From NCBI GenBank assembly GCA_030770535.1, contig JASVEC010000012.1, positions 248,001 through 312,000 on the forward strand: a DNA stretch of 64,000 nt. Direction: 5' to 3'. Every line of letters begins with the position of its first letter. Within the stretch, counting starts at the first letter, position 1. The position numbers and the translations under genes were made by a program. Shown here piece after piece: positions 1-11,522 of this stretch. The stretch comes from Batkoa obscura (Eukaryota). Below the pieces are notes generated by a model that worked only from the letters and a program-made list of their open reading frames with translations, made no database searches and was not told the DNA's origin.

Positions 1-210
1 ATTGCTATTAATGATTCATAGCTCTATTAATTATTAGCTAGTAAAAGCGTTCAGTGTTTTAGTATTTAATATAATAGAAAAATTCTGGTTTTCTAATAGA
101 CATAGTTAATTAAGTAAATAAATTATGATAATTAAACATTAATAACAATACAAAAATTAGAACTAAAATATCAATTTTCATTATTTTAAGGATCATTAAT
201 GTAATGAAAC

Positions 211-1554
211 ATGGAATCGATTTTGAGTAAAAAAGATGCTAATTTCTTCTTTAGCAAAATGGAAACTTTAACTCTAGAAGATTATATAAAGGCAGGTCTA
301 TTCGAATTTAAAAATATTAGATTCACAACCACATTAACCTGCGCTGAGAAACAAAATATATGTGAAAAGCTGGATGGTATAGAGGTGAGCTTTGGATTCA
401 CAAGGGAAAGGGTAACGTTGCTATATGAAGACAAAATGCTATTAGGTGGATTTACAAGCTATGAATATCAAGTTTTATTACAAGGGGATGAAGAAGGATT
501 TATTACAATTATCGATAAGGTGGATACTACTGGTTATGGTAAGGCACCAAAGGTAATGAAAAAGATGCTTAAGAGTTATTTGGATTATAGAAAATATCGC
601 TATAGAGAAAGTAGACATTTGGTCTATTTATTTGCCAAACCTCAACCCCAGTATCTTTTTAAAAATTCGAAAAGGAATACAAATAAAAAGATGTTGAATG
701 ATAAACAGTTGATTAACTATTGGATAGATGTTTTGGACAGCCCACTATTTGAGATGAACTTAAACTATAAAAAATATATTTATGTACCAGGGAATGAACT
801 AGGTCAAATCAAGTCATTGGTTAAAAACTCATTGGATGGATGGAATTATTCTACTATTTACAACGAAAATGACATAGTAAAACAAGTCATATTAAATTTA
901 AACGATGATTGTTTAACTAGATTGAGTAAAAATGAATGTAATCAAAATTTATCAATTAAAGAGTTTTTACTCATTTTGCCTTTTACTGAAGAATGTAATA
1001 CTGGTCAGTTAGTAGCCACATTTTTTTTGTCAAATTTTAATATAAATTATAAGAAAGGTTTATTAGAGAGAAATGTTTTAGACAAGCTTTTAATGGAAGC
1101 TGAAAAAAAAGAAAACCAAAGTGGTGAAGAGGATAATGAATCAACGAAATCGGATAATGAGCTTGATGATAAAGAAGAGGAAGATAATAAAAACAAGGAT
1201 GAAGGTAAAAATGGATATAATAGAAATGATGAAGATGATGTGTCAGCTAATGAAAGCGAAGATTCCGAAAACCTGGAGCCCGAAGACTTGATAAATGAAA
1301 TAGAGTCAAGGCCTAAGGAAGAAAAAAGCTTTTATAAAATCTTTAATATAATAACTAACACCTCAGATTTCAGTACCTATGAAAAGGCTTTAAAAGCAAG
1401 TCAAGAAGTTGAAACTATTTTATTAGATAATGAAATCCCAATCCACGAACCTAAATCCGTCGAGGGCTTAAAATTTGGCGAACAGAAACAAGTGAAGCGT
1501 GGTGGCGAAGTAAATGTAATTAATACGTCTTTGATAAAAAGAAAGAAGAAATAG
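211..1554 (+). CDS. RTT109: Histone H3K56 acetyltransferase Rtt109 (single exon, 447 aa)
   Basis: Motifs IDKVDTTG and LFAKPQPQYLF..S..N..K..L.D..LI.YW match fungal Rtt109; acidic insertion; C-terminal VNVI...LIKRKKK basic tail. Confidence 0.85.
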   Translation: MESILSKKDANFFFSKMETLTLEDYIKAGLFEFKNIRFTTTLTCAEKQNICEKLDGIEVSFGFTRERVTLLYEDKMLLGGFTSYEYQVLLQGDEEGFITIIDKVDTTGYGKAPKVMKKMLKSYLDYRKYRYRESRHLVYLFAKPQPQYLFKNSKRNTNKKMLNDKQLINYWIDVLDSPLFEMNLNYKKYIYVPGNELGQIKSLVKNSLDGWNYSTIYNENDIVKQVILNLNDDCLTRLSKNECNQNLSIKEFLLILPFTEECNTGQLVATFFLSNFNINYKKGLLERNVLDKLLMEAEKKENQSGEEDNESTKSDNELDDKEEEDNKNKDEGKNGYNRNDEDDVSANESEDSENLEPEDLINEIESRPKEEKSFYKIFNIITNTSDFSTYEKALKASQEVETILLDNEIPIHEPKSVEGLKFGEQKQVKRGGEVNVINTSLIKRKKK

Positions 1555-1618
1555 ATGATAAAATAAAATATTTGTATTATACATGTTTATGTTTATATTT
1601 ATTATTACTATTATAAAT

Positions 1619-3107
1619 TTATTCAATTGCTTTAGTCAATCTATCAATTAAAGATAAATGCATATTAACTACTCCAACAAATTGAGGAAGTTGATTATAT
1701 TCGCTGTAATAATCTAAAATAGCTTGTTTAAATTCTGGTTTAAACTGTATTTTATTGAAATGCAAACTCTTCATCAAACTTGAAATGGTGCTTGTGAGTA
1801 TAAAAAATTGATCTGCTAATAATGGAACTCCTTTATATTTTAGTTGTAAGTATATTAGCTGAAGATGGGAAGCCTGGTAATACTTTAATAGATTAAAATT
1901 CGACTTTAAATTGGGATACAAATCGATTGTTTTAATTATTAAAAATAAAAGGTTGGCATTACCCATGTTTGTTAAATAAGGGTAATAATCTTCTTTTGAC
2001 TTTAAAGTTTGAAGAATTACGTTCATTTTTTGAACTAATTTTAAAACAGACACATTTAATTGACTATTTTTTGAAGTATCGAAAATTTGAGATACTAGTA
2101 TATTTTGTTGTAGCATACCTTGATATCGGATATTTAATTCCTCATCTTTAATATTTTTTAAAATATGTCCATGATATAAACTTTCGGGCACAATCGTTCT
2201 ACTTAGTAACATTCCAATCCTTTTATAATTAATAAGAGTTAACCAAGCTAACTTACTTTCTAAATCTCTCTTATAAGGTAAACCCAGACTGTAACATAGA
2301 CCTAATAAACTATATGCACTGTATCTTATTAGTTTAAAAAAGATGGGAGTGGAATATAAAAAATATGATATGATAAATAAAGCTTGAATCAAACTTAAAC
2401 TAGGTTTGAACAACCTTCTACTAACTAAGGTATAGATTTCCTGGTGTAATAAGTCTAAAAAATTGACCTTAATTTTTAAAAAACGTATCCCACTAGCCAA
2501 TACTACCAATTTTATCATTCTATCTTCTTTTTTTAAAAACGTTTTCTTACAAAACAATGGAAAATAGGTATTAAAATAGGTAAAATATGCTTCGCAGCAA
2601 GACTGATATAACTCTTCGCTTCCATAGATAGCTAGCGGACTGTCTGCTGCTACTGTTAGGTAACTATTCTTTCTATTCCCAAAAATATCTGGTCTAAACT
2701 TATTCAACGCTCCCAACATGTTGATGATTGTTAGCCTTTCTTGAGGCAGCTTGGTATCCTTTGATATATTACTTAATCCCATAAAATAAACTATTAAAGG
2801 TGACTTTAGTAAATATCTTTCCAATTTTATCTCAAACGATGAGTCAGACGGCAATTGTAGACTAAGAAATCATTATAAATATTCATATTTGTTATATTTA
2901 TTAAAACTACCTTCGGATCGTAGGCAATCCTGCATCCAGTTTTAATCTAATTTCCAAATTAAATCTTCTCTTTCTTTGTTTTACCATTGAATAAGTACAC
3001 TTCACATTACTCATTAAACAACGAATACACCCATCAATATGTCGACTACATTTTTTCTTCCATTTGGAGCATCGATCACACGTTTGGTTACTGAATTCCC
3101 CTTCCAT
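1619..3107 (-). CDS. Zn(II)2Cys6 transcription factor with fungal middle-homology region (2 exons, 479 aa)
   Basis: Exon 1 (3107-2911) encodes CDRCSKWKKKC-X6-CIRC-X6-C. A 49-nt GT-AG intron (2910-2862) joins it in frame to the long ORF containing YFTYFNTYFPLF and LIQALFIIS; spliced length is 1440 nt. Confidence 0.85.
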
Positions 3108-3525
3108 ATATTAATTTAAAGTGAAAATTAATTAGGCTCTATTTTTATTATTTTTTTTAATAAACTAAAAAGATATTTAAAATTATTCCATTTACTATAT
3201 TTGGGGATTATTCCTATCCACTGTTCTATTGTATTAAATAAAAATGTATAAAGGCTTTAAAATTAAAATTTTATATTAATTTAAACTGCATTGTTTATTA
3301 TACCCATTTTTGATATATGGATTACATTGATATACTATTATACTTAGTATACATACACTTAATAATACATTAAAGATTTCTAATTAAACTTAAAATAAAA
3401 CCAAGTTTTATTATAAACCAATCAAACACTTTCATTTCTAGAATTCTTTTTGGTTTATGATTCACTAGTTTAATCAGATAAAAAAAAATGATGACTCAAG
3501 CCTTAAACTTAAGAAATTTCAAAAA

Positions 3526-4821
3526 ATGCTAGATAAACTCCCATATTTAATCCTAAAAGATATTATTGAGTTAGCTTCTAACGATGAGCTACTAAACCTA
3601 AGATTTTTAAATAAGACATGTTATGAAGTGGTGAATCGAGTATTATATGAACGTTTGACTCTGTCCAAATTTTTTAGTCAAGGTTGTAGAAATTATCAAC
3701 TTAATTTTTATTCAAGATATGGGGCCAAAGTACAACACTTAGAATTTACTCATTTTTTTTATAGCCTACCCTTAGCTTTAAAACAATGTTCCAATATTGT
3801 CAGTCTTGATATTAAAGAGTATGATACTTTTCAGTATAGAGACTTAAGTCTGGTTTCAAGTGATGAAGCACCATTCCTTAGGAATTTGTCCATCGAGTTT
3901 GATGGAGATTTACCATTTGAGCTGCCACCATTTCCTATGTTAATTAACTTGACTCGGTTCCAGTTGCAGTTAAAAAGGTGTTCTCAAACCCATATTAATT
4001 ATTTTTTGGAAAATTTAAGTACGGATAAATTAATCAAAATTTCAATCAACTGTGAACAATATTTAGAATTAGAAGACTTTACGCGATTTGAAGTATTTGA
4101 CAATTTAAAAATAATTCAATTAAATGCTTGGGAGTTGAAATTTCAATATTTCAATTCAACCTTTATTGGTTTCAAAAATCTAACAACATTTGAATTATCA
4201 GCTACTATTGCTACTGATTTATCACAATTATCTTTATTTTATGATTATCTTACAAAACTACCAAATTTAAAAACTTTATTATTTAACTACTGCAACCATA
4301 ACCAATGCTCTGAACTTCAACTTAAATCACCACCAAATACTCAACTTGAAACTATCATGCTTAGTGGGTGTACAAAACTTAATTTTGAAGACTATGATGG
4401 ATTTAAATATATCAAACAATTAAATTTAAACTGTTTTAAAGGTTTCTCGAGTCTACTAACTAAGCTACCTTATTTCACAAGTTTAAAAGTGATAAAATTA
4501 TACTGGTATTTTGAAGACAAAGACATAGCTTTTGAGAATGCAATGGCTACAGTAAACGAACTGAAAGTAGAAAGAATTGACTTTTACCATTCTCATATGA
4601 CGGTGGATCATCTATTTACTTTTCTATCGCTATTTCCAGAATTGAAATATTTGTACTTTTATCGTGGCAAACTTAGTTCAGGTATCTTTGACGCTTCCTT
4701 CCGATTTTTAAATGACTTACCTCTATTCCAGTTTAAAATCCATAAGGGTTCATATCCAGATTCTAACCCTTTGTTCCATGAAATTAGAAATCACTCTAAC
4801 ATCCTTTTCTCCCATATGTAA
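3526..4821 (+). CDS. F-box protein with leucine-rich-repeat-like C-terminal region
   Basis: N-terminal LDKLPYLILKDII...LLNLRFLNK..Y F-box pattern followed by repeated LxxLxL segments; intact 431-aa ORF. Confidence 0.75.
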   Translation: MLDKLPYLILKDIIELASNDELLNLRFLNKTCYEVVNRVLYERLTLSKFFSQGCRNYQLNFYSRYGAKVQHLEFTHFFYSLPLALKQCSNIVSLDIKEYDTFQYRDLSLVSSDEAPFLRNLSIEFDGDLPFELPPFPMLINLTRFQLQLKRCSQTHINYFLENLSTDKLIKISINCEQYLELEDFTRFEVFDNLKIIQLNAWELKFQYFNSTFIGFKNLTTFELSATIATDLSQLSLFYDYLTKLPNLKTLLFNYCNHNQCSELQLKSPPNTQLETIMLSGCTKLNFEDYDGFKYIKQLNLNCFKGFSSLLTKLPYFTSLKVIKLYWYFEDKDIAFENAMATVNELKVERIDFYHSHMTVDHLFTFLSLFPELKYLYFYRGKLSSGIFDASFRFLNDLPLFQFKIHKGSYPDSNPLFHEIRNHSNILFSHM

Positions 4822-5420
4822 GACAAAACAAAGGCTCTTTTGTTCCTATATTTATTCTTACTTGTAGCCACTTTTCATTTATATTATTTATTTTTTATAA
4901 GATTAAAATTCCTTTAAATAGTAATGTTATTTTTTTCTACAAGATAAACTGAATACAACTAATTATTTAATCACTCTATTACTTTTTTAATTGAAAACAC
5001 TGTCGATTTAAAATGACTCTTTTACCTGTATCCTAATGTGTTTAAGATATATTAGTCTTTTGATTATGATTTATACACTTAAATAATATTCTAAAAGGCG
5101 TTCATTGATGTGTATTTACTTTATTAAAATAACAAAATATATTATTTCAACATAAAACAATAGTTTTTTAATCTACTTTTAATGCAATCTTGGCCACTAA
5201 TACTGTGTATCTCCGTTTTAATTTTTTTCCTATCAAAGCCGCTTTGATTGTAGTTTTGAATCCTGTCCATACCTTTCATAAATCCTATTGAATATATATA
5301 TAAAAACCTATAACTATATATTAAATAATAATTACAAACAACATAAAAAACTCTTAAAAATAAACAAATTATTTATACAACTTTTCTTAGCTCAGTACTT
5401 TAGTATTTTTAAATAATAGC

Positions 5421-6361
5421 TTATTTCTTGCTCTTGATTTTACGGAGGTAGAAATCGAGCTCTTTACCCTCTAAGATGACACCATCACAACGACCAGATT
5501 GTCCAGGGCGGGAAGTGATGATAGCTATAGAAAAGATTAAATACAATCAATATTTTCTATTTTAAAGCTTACCGTAAAGACGACCAGTGTTGAATTGGTC
5601 AGCGACGTGTGAATCAAGGACTGAAGCTTCTTTACGGGCATCGATTTTACGTTGGGCGTGGTTAGAACGCTTGACATTAGCGACTTCTTCAGCATCCTTA
5701 ATCAAAATTTAACAACTTAAAATAACAAAATTTAAAAAATCTATACTGAAGCCTTCTTACGTCCAAGAGCAGCACCGTAGTGATTTTCATACCATTGACG
5801 GAATGGAGCAGCATCAATTTGTACGATGGCGGATTTAACAAGAGTGTTGGTACGGACCAATTCATTGTTAGAAGCGTTGTAAACAACAGCAACGATACGA
5901 GCCTTACGGGAAATAGATTCAGAACCCCATGAGTAGGTTCCGGTATCTAAACGCATGGCACGATATTTGGTGTTTCCACCACGTACACGTACGGTATGGA
6001 TACGCTTGGCTCCAAGTTTGGTGTTGGCAGCTTGGCGACCAAGTTCAAACTTTCTCTTCTTACGATAATGTGCGCGTTTAGCTCCGGTGTGGGAGCGTTT
6101 GTGACGAGAGTCTCTGCTTATACCTAGTTTTGGTTGTTAATTTGTGTTCTTTACTTTATCAATTTAAATCAAATTGGATGTTAGTTTCTAATCCCATCCT
6201 TGATTTCGACAATGTATATTACTATTTGTATTCCTTTTATTAACTTTCCCTCTCTAATGTTATTTAATATCTTTGATTTTTGGATGGATGTAGTTGTTTA
6301 TGTTTTTAACTTGGGCTAACGCTATCCTTATTTTTTTAGTATTGGATTATCACTTACCCAT
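5421..6361 (-). CDS. RPS8: 40S ribosomal protein S8 (eS8), 4 exons
   Basis: Spliced translation [32 protein letters not shown]...[15 protein letters not shown]...[30 protein letters not shown]; introns 6357-6124, 5746-5697, 5572-5525. Confidence 0.97.
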
Positions 6362-6801
6362 AATGTGTGGATGATAACTTCGTCTAAAAAGCTAACAAAA
6401 AGGAAGTTTTAGTAAGAAAATTTACACTACTATTTGCTTAACTCAATAATTGTAAAAAAATTGACCAATCACTCTATTATTGTATAAATTATTTGATATT
6501 TGAAAATACTTATTATCAATATTAATAAATATATTTATTATTTTAAAAGTTTATATTGAATTAAATTAATAATAACAATAATACAATTATTGGATCCTTT
6601 TTTAAATAGTTATGATATTATCTATGTTTGGTTTTGAAATATAAAAAAGTATAATTATTAATTTTTTAAAATAATATTTAATCTAAAATAATAAGTTAAT
6701 GTAATTAGATACATATTATAAATGAGAACTTTATTGATTTTGTTTATCATTGATTATGTTTTAAGTCTTAATTACATACACTAATATGAAAATTTATTAA
6801 A

Positions 6802-6832
<31 letters not shown>

Positions 6833-7457
6833 AAATTGAAAATACAATTTTTAAAAAAAAATAACAAGTTTTGATTATTTTAAAATTATTTATGTTTTCG
6901 ATAAAAGTATAGAATTTCAACATAAAACAAAACCAATGGTCATAAATATTATATTGTTAACTAAGTGATAATGACTATAGTTAAACTATAATCCGATAAA
7001 AAGCATTTTATTTTAAAAATTACAATATTAAATCAAGATGTGGACCTCTTTTGACTATGGTAGTGAATAACATATTTATACAAAGTACTGAAAAGTAACT
7101 GATAAAATAAATTTGATAAAAATTAATCGAATACAGATAAAAATACATATTCAACTAATTTACTTTGATGCTTTTAAATTGCCCTTTTTTTAGTATTTTT
7201 AAAACTATCATACTATAAATATTACAATTATAAAAACGATACAGTTCTTCATTTAAGGTTTAAACATTTTGGTATAAAGGCACAGATACATTGAAATTAC
7301 GACAAAAATACACTAAATACTAAATAATATTACTAATTTACTTAAAGTATGTATATTCTTTATTATTTTAACTTTTGTATCAGAATTTTAATCCAACTTT
7401 TAAAAGTGTTTGGTGTATTTAGTTATCACAAATAGCTAATTTAAAACTTTAACATTT

Positions 7458-7555
7458 GGGGATGTATTTTCGTATTTAAGAATTTTACTAACAATCTTTC
7501 CACCCAAATAGCGCTTAAAAATGTAAAAAGTGATAAAGCCAAAAAAAACATCACC
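7458..7555 (+). mobile_element. MITE family A copy 1 (98 bp)
   Basis: GGGGATGTATTTT...AAAAAAAACATCACC with ATTT duplicated on both sides; shares its internal sequence with eight other copies in the window. Confidence 0.85.
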
Positions 7556-7730
7556 ATTTATTTATACTCAATCCTTAATATTTCAAAAATTTAACAAAAC
7601 ATAATATGCTATTGTGACATAAAAGTTGTTTATTTTATTAGTATAAAAAACGTGAGCCAAAGAGCAAAATAAAAGTATTAATATTTAGTTGGTAATGAAA
7701 CAGCTAGCTAATAATGTCCTCAAATATATT

Positions 7731-8363
7731 TCAATTCCTATTTCGGTTAATCGCAGGGTTACGATTTTCCTTTTGGTTCCTAGGATGTCTATAATTTCCC
7801 TTTTGGTTTATCGTGTACCTGTTATTTCCTTTTTGTCTACTAGGTGGCATAAATGCAGGTACAAAGGTAGCAGGGGTATAAATTCCTAAACCTTGATAAA
7901 GTATTTGTGACCCATCCGTGTCATGGCTTTTTTCATAATACCCAGTAATTGGGTTATAGACAAAACTTCCAGAATTAGGCTCGTCCACCCCTGATAAGTC
8001 CTCAGAGCCATTGTTATCATATATAGTATTAAAGACGCTTGTTTTTATAAATCGCCCTCGATGATTTTTTGGTCCTTTACCTGGTGGGTGTGATTTATTA
8101 CGATTGCCTTTTTTCTTTCTGAAGTTTTGTAATTCGTCATTGGCTCCCTTCGTAACCTTAGAAGCTTCGGTTGGGCATTGAATTATTGTTCTGGTTTGAA
8201 TGATTGGCTTTTGGATTTCAATACTAGCTCCAGTGCCCTCTGGGCGAAGGTAACTAGCTGTCACTGTGGTGAGTTTGGTGGTTGTAGTACATGGTGGACT
8301 AGCACTCGATAATACATTTGTTATTAAAATAAAAGCAAGCAAGTTGTAAAAGTGGCTCATCAA
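7731..8363 (-). CDS. Putative secreted protein of unknown function (210 aa)
   Basis: Hydrophobic N-terminal signal-like segment (LLAFILITNVLSSA), Thr-rich stretch, basic segment; GC higher than flanks. Confidence 0.65.
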   Translation of the reverse strand: MMSHFYNLLAFILITNVLSSASPPCTTTTKLTTVTASYLRPEGTGASIEIQKPIIQTRTIIQCPTEASKVTKGANDELQNFRKKKGNRNKSHPPGKGPKNHRGRFIKTSVFNTIYDNNGSEDLSGVDEPNSGSFVYNPITGYYEKSHDTDGSQILYQGLGIYTPATFVPAFMPPSRQKGNNRYTINQKGNYRHPRNQKENRNPAINRNRN

Positions 8364-9849
8364 TAACCGCTTTAATAGATAAAAAGATGTAAATGAAAGA
8401 TAGAGTTAGATGAATGCTTTAATATAAATAATTTTTTTTAATAGGAATAAATAATTTATTTTTAGTGACCTGCAATTGCTTTTTTAAGATGATTTTACCA
8501 TGCTTTTTAATAAATAAGTGAGTATTTGAGATTTATTTTAAAGTTTATTTATTAACAATATTAAAACTTAACTTATTTATGTAGATTTCCTAATTAAACT
8601 AGTAAAATTTGATATAAATTGGATGGATTATGTTTGATAGTTAGTTCTTTTATATTTTATATTTTATTAATGTTTAATAAAATGCTCTTTGAACAGCTTA
8701 TGTTAATAAAGTTAACTAAATTGATGCTGTAAAATTGAAATACTCATAGTTTAAATATATCATATGTATATTATAAATATTTGTTCCATGGTTATAGATT
8801 GTATATTTATATTAGGTAGTCATATATAAATACTCGTTTTGATAATTGAACTTTCCATTAATTTGAAACATTTTGGTCATTATCACACTATAACTTATTT
8901 AAATAGATTGTATAGTTCTAGTTTTATTAAAGTATGATTCCAATTTAAGTTTTAGTTCCAATTATTTTTATTTTATCATTAAATTAGATTTTCTTATCAT
9001 AGTATACGCTAGTTGGAATACTATTTTGAAAAGAGAGAGAAAACCTAAGCATAAGGATTTAAAAAAGCTTTTGAAGCAACCCGTTGTATTTCCCAATAAC
9101 TGGATGTGGTGTAATTGTCTCACAACATTGAAAGCAACCTTCAATGCGACATTTTATATATTGATTTAAAGGCTAACCAAATGGAAAATACAATTAATTA
9201 AAAAGTTTTAATTGGATTTATTTCATATTGCTTTAATATTTCTATTTAATAAGCGATATTTACTAGAAATAGAAGGAACTTTTACTACTTTTAATAGCCC
9301 AGATGTATTTTCGATTATTAAAAATAGTCACTTCATCATTATTTTATACTATTTTAAAACTGGTGATTAAAGTGCGATGGCCACTAAAAATCAGATATAA
9401 TGTAACTGGTTTTAACTATTTAAATATTTTTTATTTAACTTTTATTAAATCTGTTGAAGCAAGCATGTAAATAAGCTCGCTCTTATTGTTTTCAATGATC
9501 TGTTTTAAATAAGCTAACGTAGAATATATAGATGATTAGTTAAATAAAATCGGTAGTACTTATAGATTTGTATGTTATTAATACTAAATAAAGGTGTTAT
9601 CGTTATATTATGGTTATATAAGTACGCTAGTTTAACAAGCTGGGCTCTTATTAGCTATTTAATGGTATGCAATGTATCCACTTAGCTGTGTTTGATAAAA
9701 GTTACTAAAATTATCCAACTACAGATCCTAAATTATTGAAAAACAGTAGATTTACCCAAAATAAGTCTCATTTAATTTGCTACTCTTTCTAATTAAATTT
9801 CGGCAGCAATTGGCTATTTTAAAAAAAAACTTTTTCAATTTTTCTTAAA

Positions 9850-10640
9850 ATGAACTCTCCTACCGAATCACAAATTGATGCAGAAGGTAAATTATTTCAG
9901 CATTTCACGAGTATATTAATGATCACAGAGGAAAGGTGGGATGACTGGGAAAGTGATGGAGATGTAAAGAAATGCTTATTCTGTGAAATGGAAGAGATGA
10001 GTATTACCAAGTTGTTTGAGCATTTTAAACAAGAGCACAGCTTTGATTTTTTAAAGTTAAAAAAGGAGAAAGGTAATTTACTAATTCTTGATTTTATATT
10101 TGCTCTAATTTATATAGATTTGGATTTTTATAGCTGTTTAAAGCTATTTAACTTTTTAAGAGAAAAGGTAATTCATTATTTGTTATTATTTTAATTCTGA
10201 TTGATTTTATCTATTTAGCAAGTAAATAATGAAGTATTCGAGCTTAGTAGTTTGGATTGGGATGCTATACAAGATGAAAAATATCTAATTCCAGCTATGG
10301 ACGATGATGCTATATTATATGGTATTTTTTTAGGGATACTAAAGTAACTTGTAATTAATAGTATTTTTAGAATTTGAAGATATATTAGAAGGCTCAGACA
10401 ATGGTGGGAATGAAGCGGAAGTAGATAACGAAACAGGTACTGCTAAAATAATTTATTTTATCTAGTAATAATTTAATACTCTTAGCACAAGAAAAGGAGA
10501 TCAACAAATTAAAAAAAGAGGTCGAGGAGTTAAAAAGACAGCTTGAAGAGAAAGAAGAGCAGTTTGAACAATTCCGTAATTTTGTTAAGGATCAATTTTT
10601 AATCCCATTGAAAAAAGAAATTGCTAATGTCACTTTGTAA
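9850..10640 (+). CDS. PRMT3/Rmt3-like N-terminal zinc-finger plus coiled-coil protein with no methyltransferase domain (6 exons, 184 aa)
   Basis: Exons 9850-9886, 9929-10072, 10118-10167, 10219-10321, 10371-10436, 10486-10640 splice in frame: WDDWE..CLFC..HFKQEHSFDF..LDFYSCLKLFNFLR..DEKYLIPAMDDDAILY, then coiled coil, stop at 10638-10640. Confidence 0.75.
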
Positions 10641-11385
10641 TGATTGATATGCAGGTTTTCTATAGAATAATTACTCCTCTTCATGTATAAATTTAGTTTA
10701 TATTACTTTTTAATTTTATTTCCTAACCTTTTTATTTCATTTAAATTGATTGATTGTAAAAGATACGTTTATCATCTAACTCAAGGAGGGTAGATTATTG
10801 CAAAGTTACAAAAGGAGCCATAAAAGCAAGTATTTTAAAAAATACTAGAATAACTAATATATGTAAATGTCTTCTTTCAATTCATTATTGTGTGGTTTTG
10901 TTTATAATTTTAAAGCATTTGATTAATTTTGTAGCAAAAATAACATGCTCATAGAAATTCAATTTTCTTAATTAAGTTGATAAATGATTAAAACTAATGG
11001 AATTTAAAAATAGCTTATCTTTACTAAATAGTTAGTTTTTCAAAACATATTTTATATCTCAAATGGTACACAATTTTTAATATCACCTTACTATTTTCAA
11101 TTGTTTTAACTGTTAACTAAATTTATTTTATATGTATTCCAAATTTGGTAACCCTGAACTTTGAAAATGCAAATCAGTAATCAAATTAATAAATATAAAA
11201 ATCAAAATATTTAAGCTTTTTAAAGGACTATTAGTTATGGGCTTTCATCTAAATTTATTAGTACTGAACACTTTGATACTTTTTATATTAAAGCATAATT
11301 TAAAGCTCAGTTTACACAACTATAAATTTATAAGTGATATTAATAGAAAACAAGGTACAGCTGAGGTTCTTAATAAAAACAAACG

Positions 11386-11522
11386 GATCATGTGTCAAAA
11401 TCCATCAAGTTAAGGTTAAAGTAGGTGGGGTCAGACTAGGTTAGGGTTAGGGTTAGGGTTGGGGTTGGTTTTACGTTTGTTTAATTTTTGGAATAAAATT
11501 CGATGGATTTTTACACATGATC
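11386..11522. mobile_element. 137-bp terminal-inverted-repeat element (MITE-like, family B) containing telomeric repeats
   Basis: Left GATCATGTGTCAAAATCCATC and right GATGGATTTTTACACATGATC form a 21-bp inverted repeat with one mismatch; interrupts the lipase pseudogene; no clear TSD. Confidence 0.7.
11441..11464 (+). repeat. Interstitial (TTAGGG)3 plus TTGGGG; four G-runs
   Basis: TTAGGGTTAGGGTTAGGGTTGGGG read directly. Confidence 0.9.

Noticed and set aside
3492..3498. TGACTCA (Gcn4/AP-1-like) site upstream of the F-box gene, also near 56561
   Set aside because: Isolated 7-mers cannot be distinguished from chance.
11441..11464. TTAGGG tract as a true telomere
   Set aside because: Only three units, internal, enclosed by inverted repeats, with genes on both sides.
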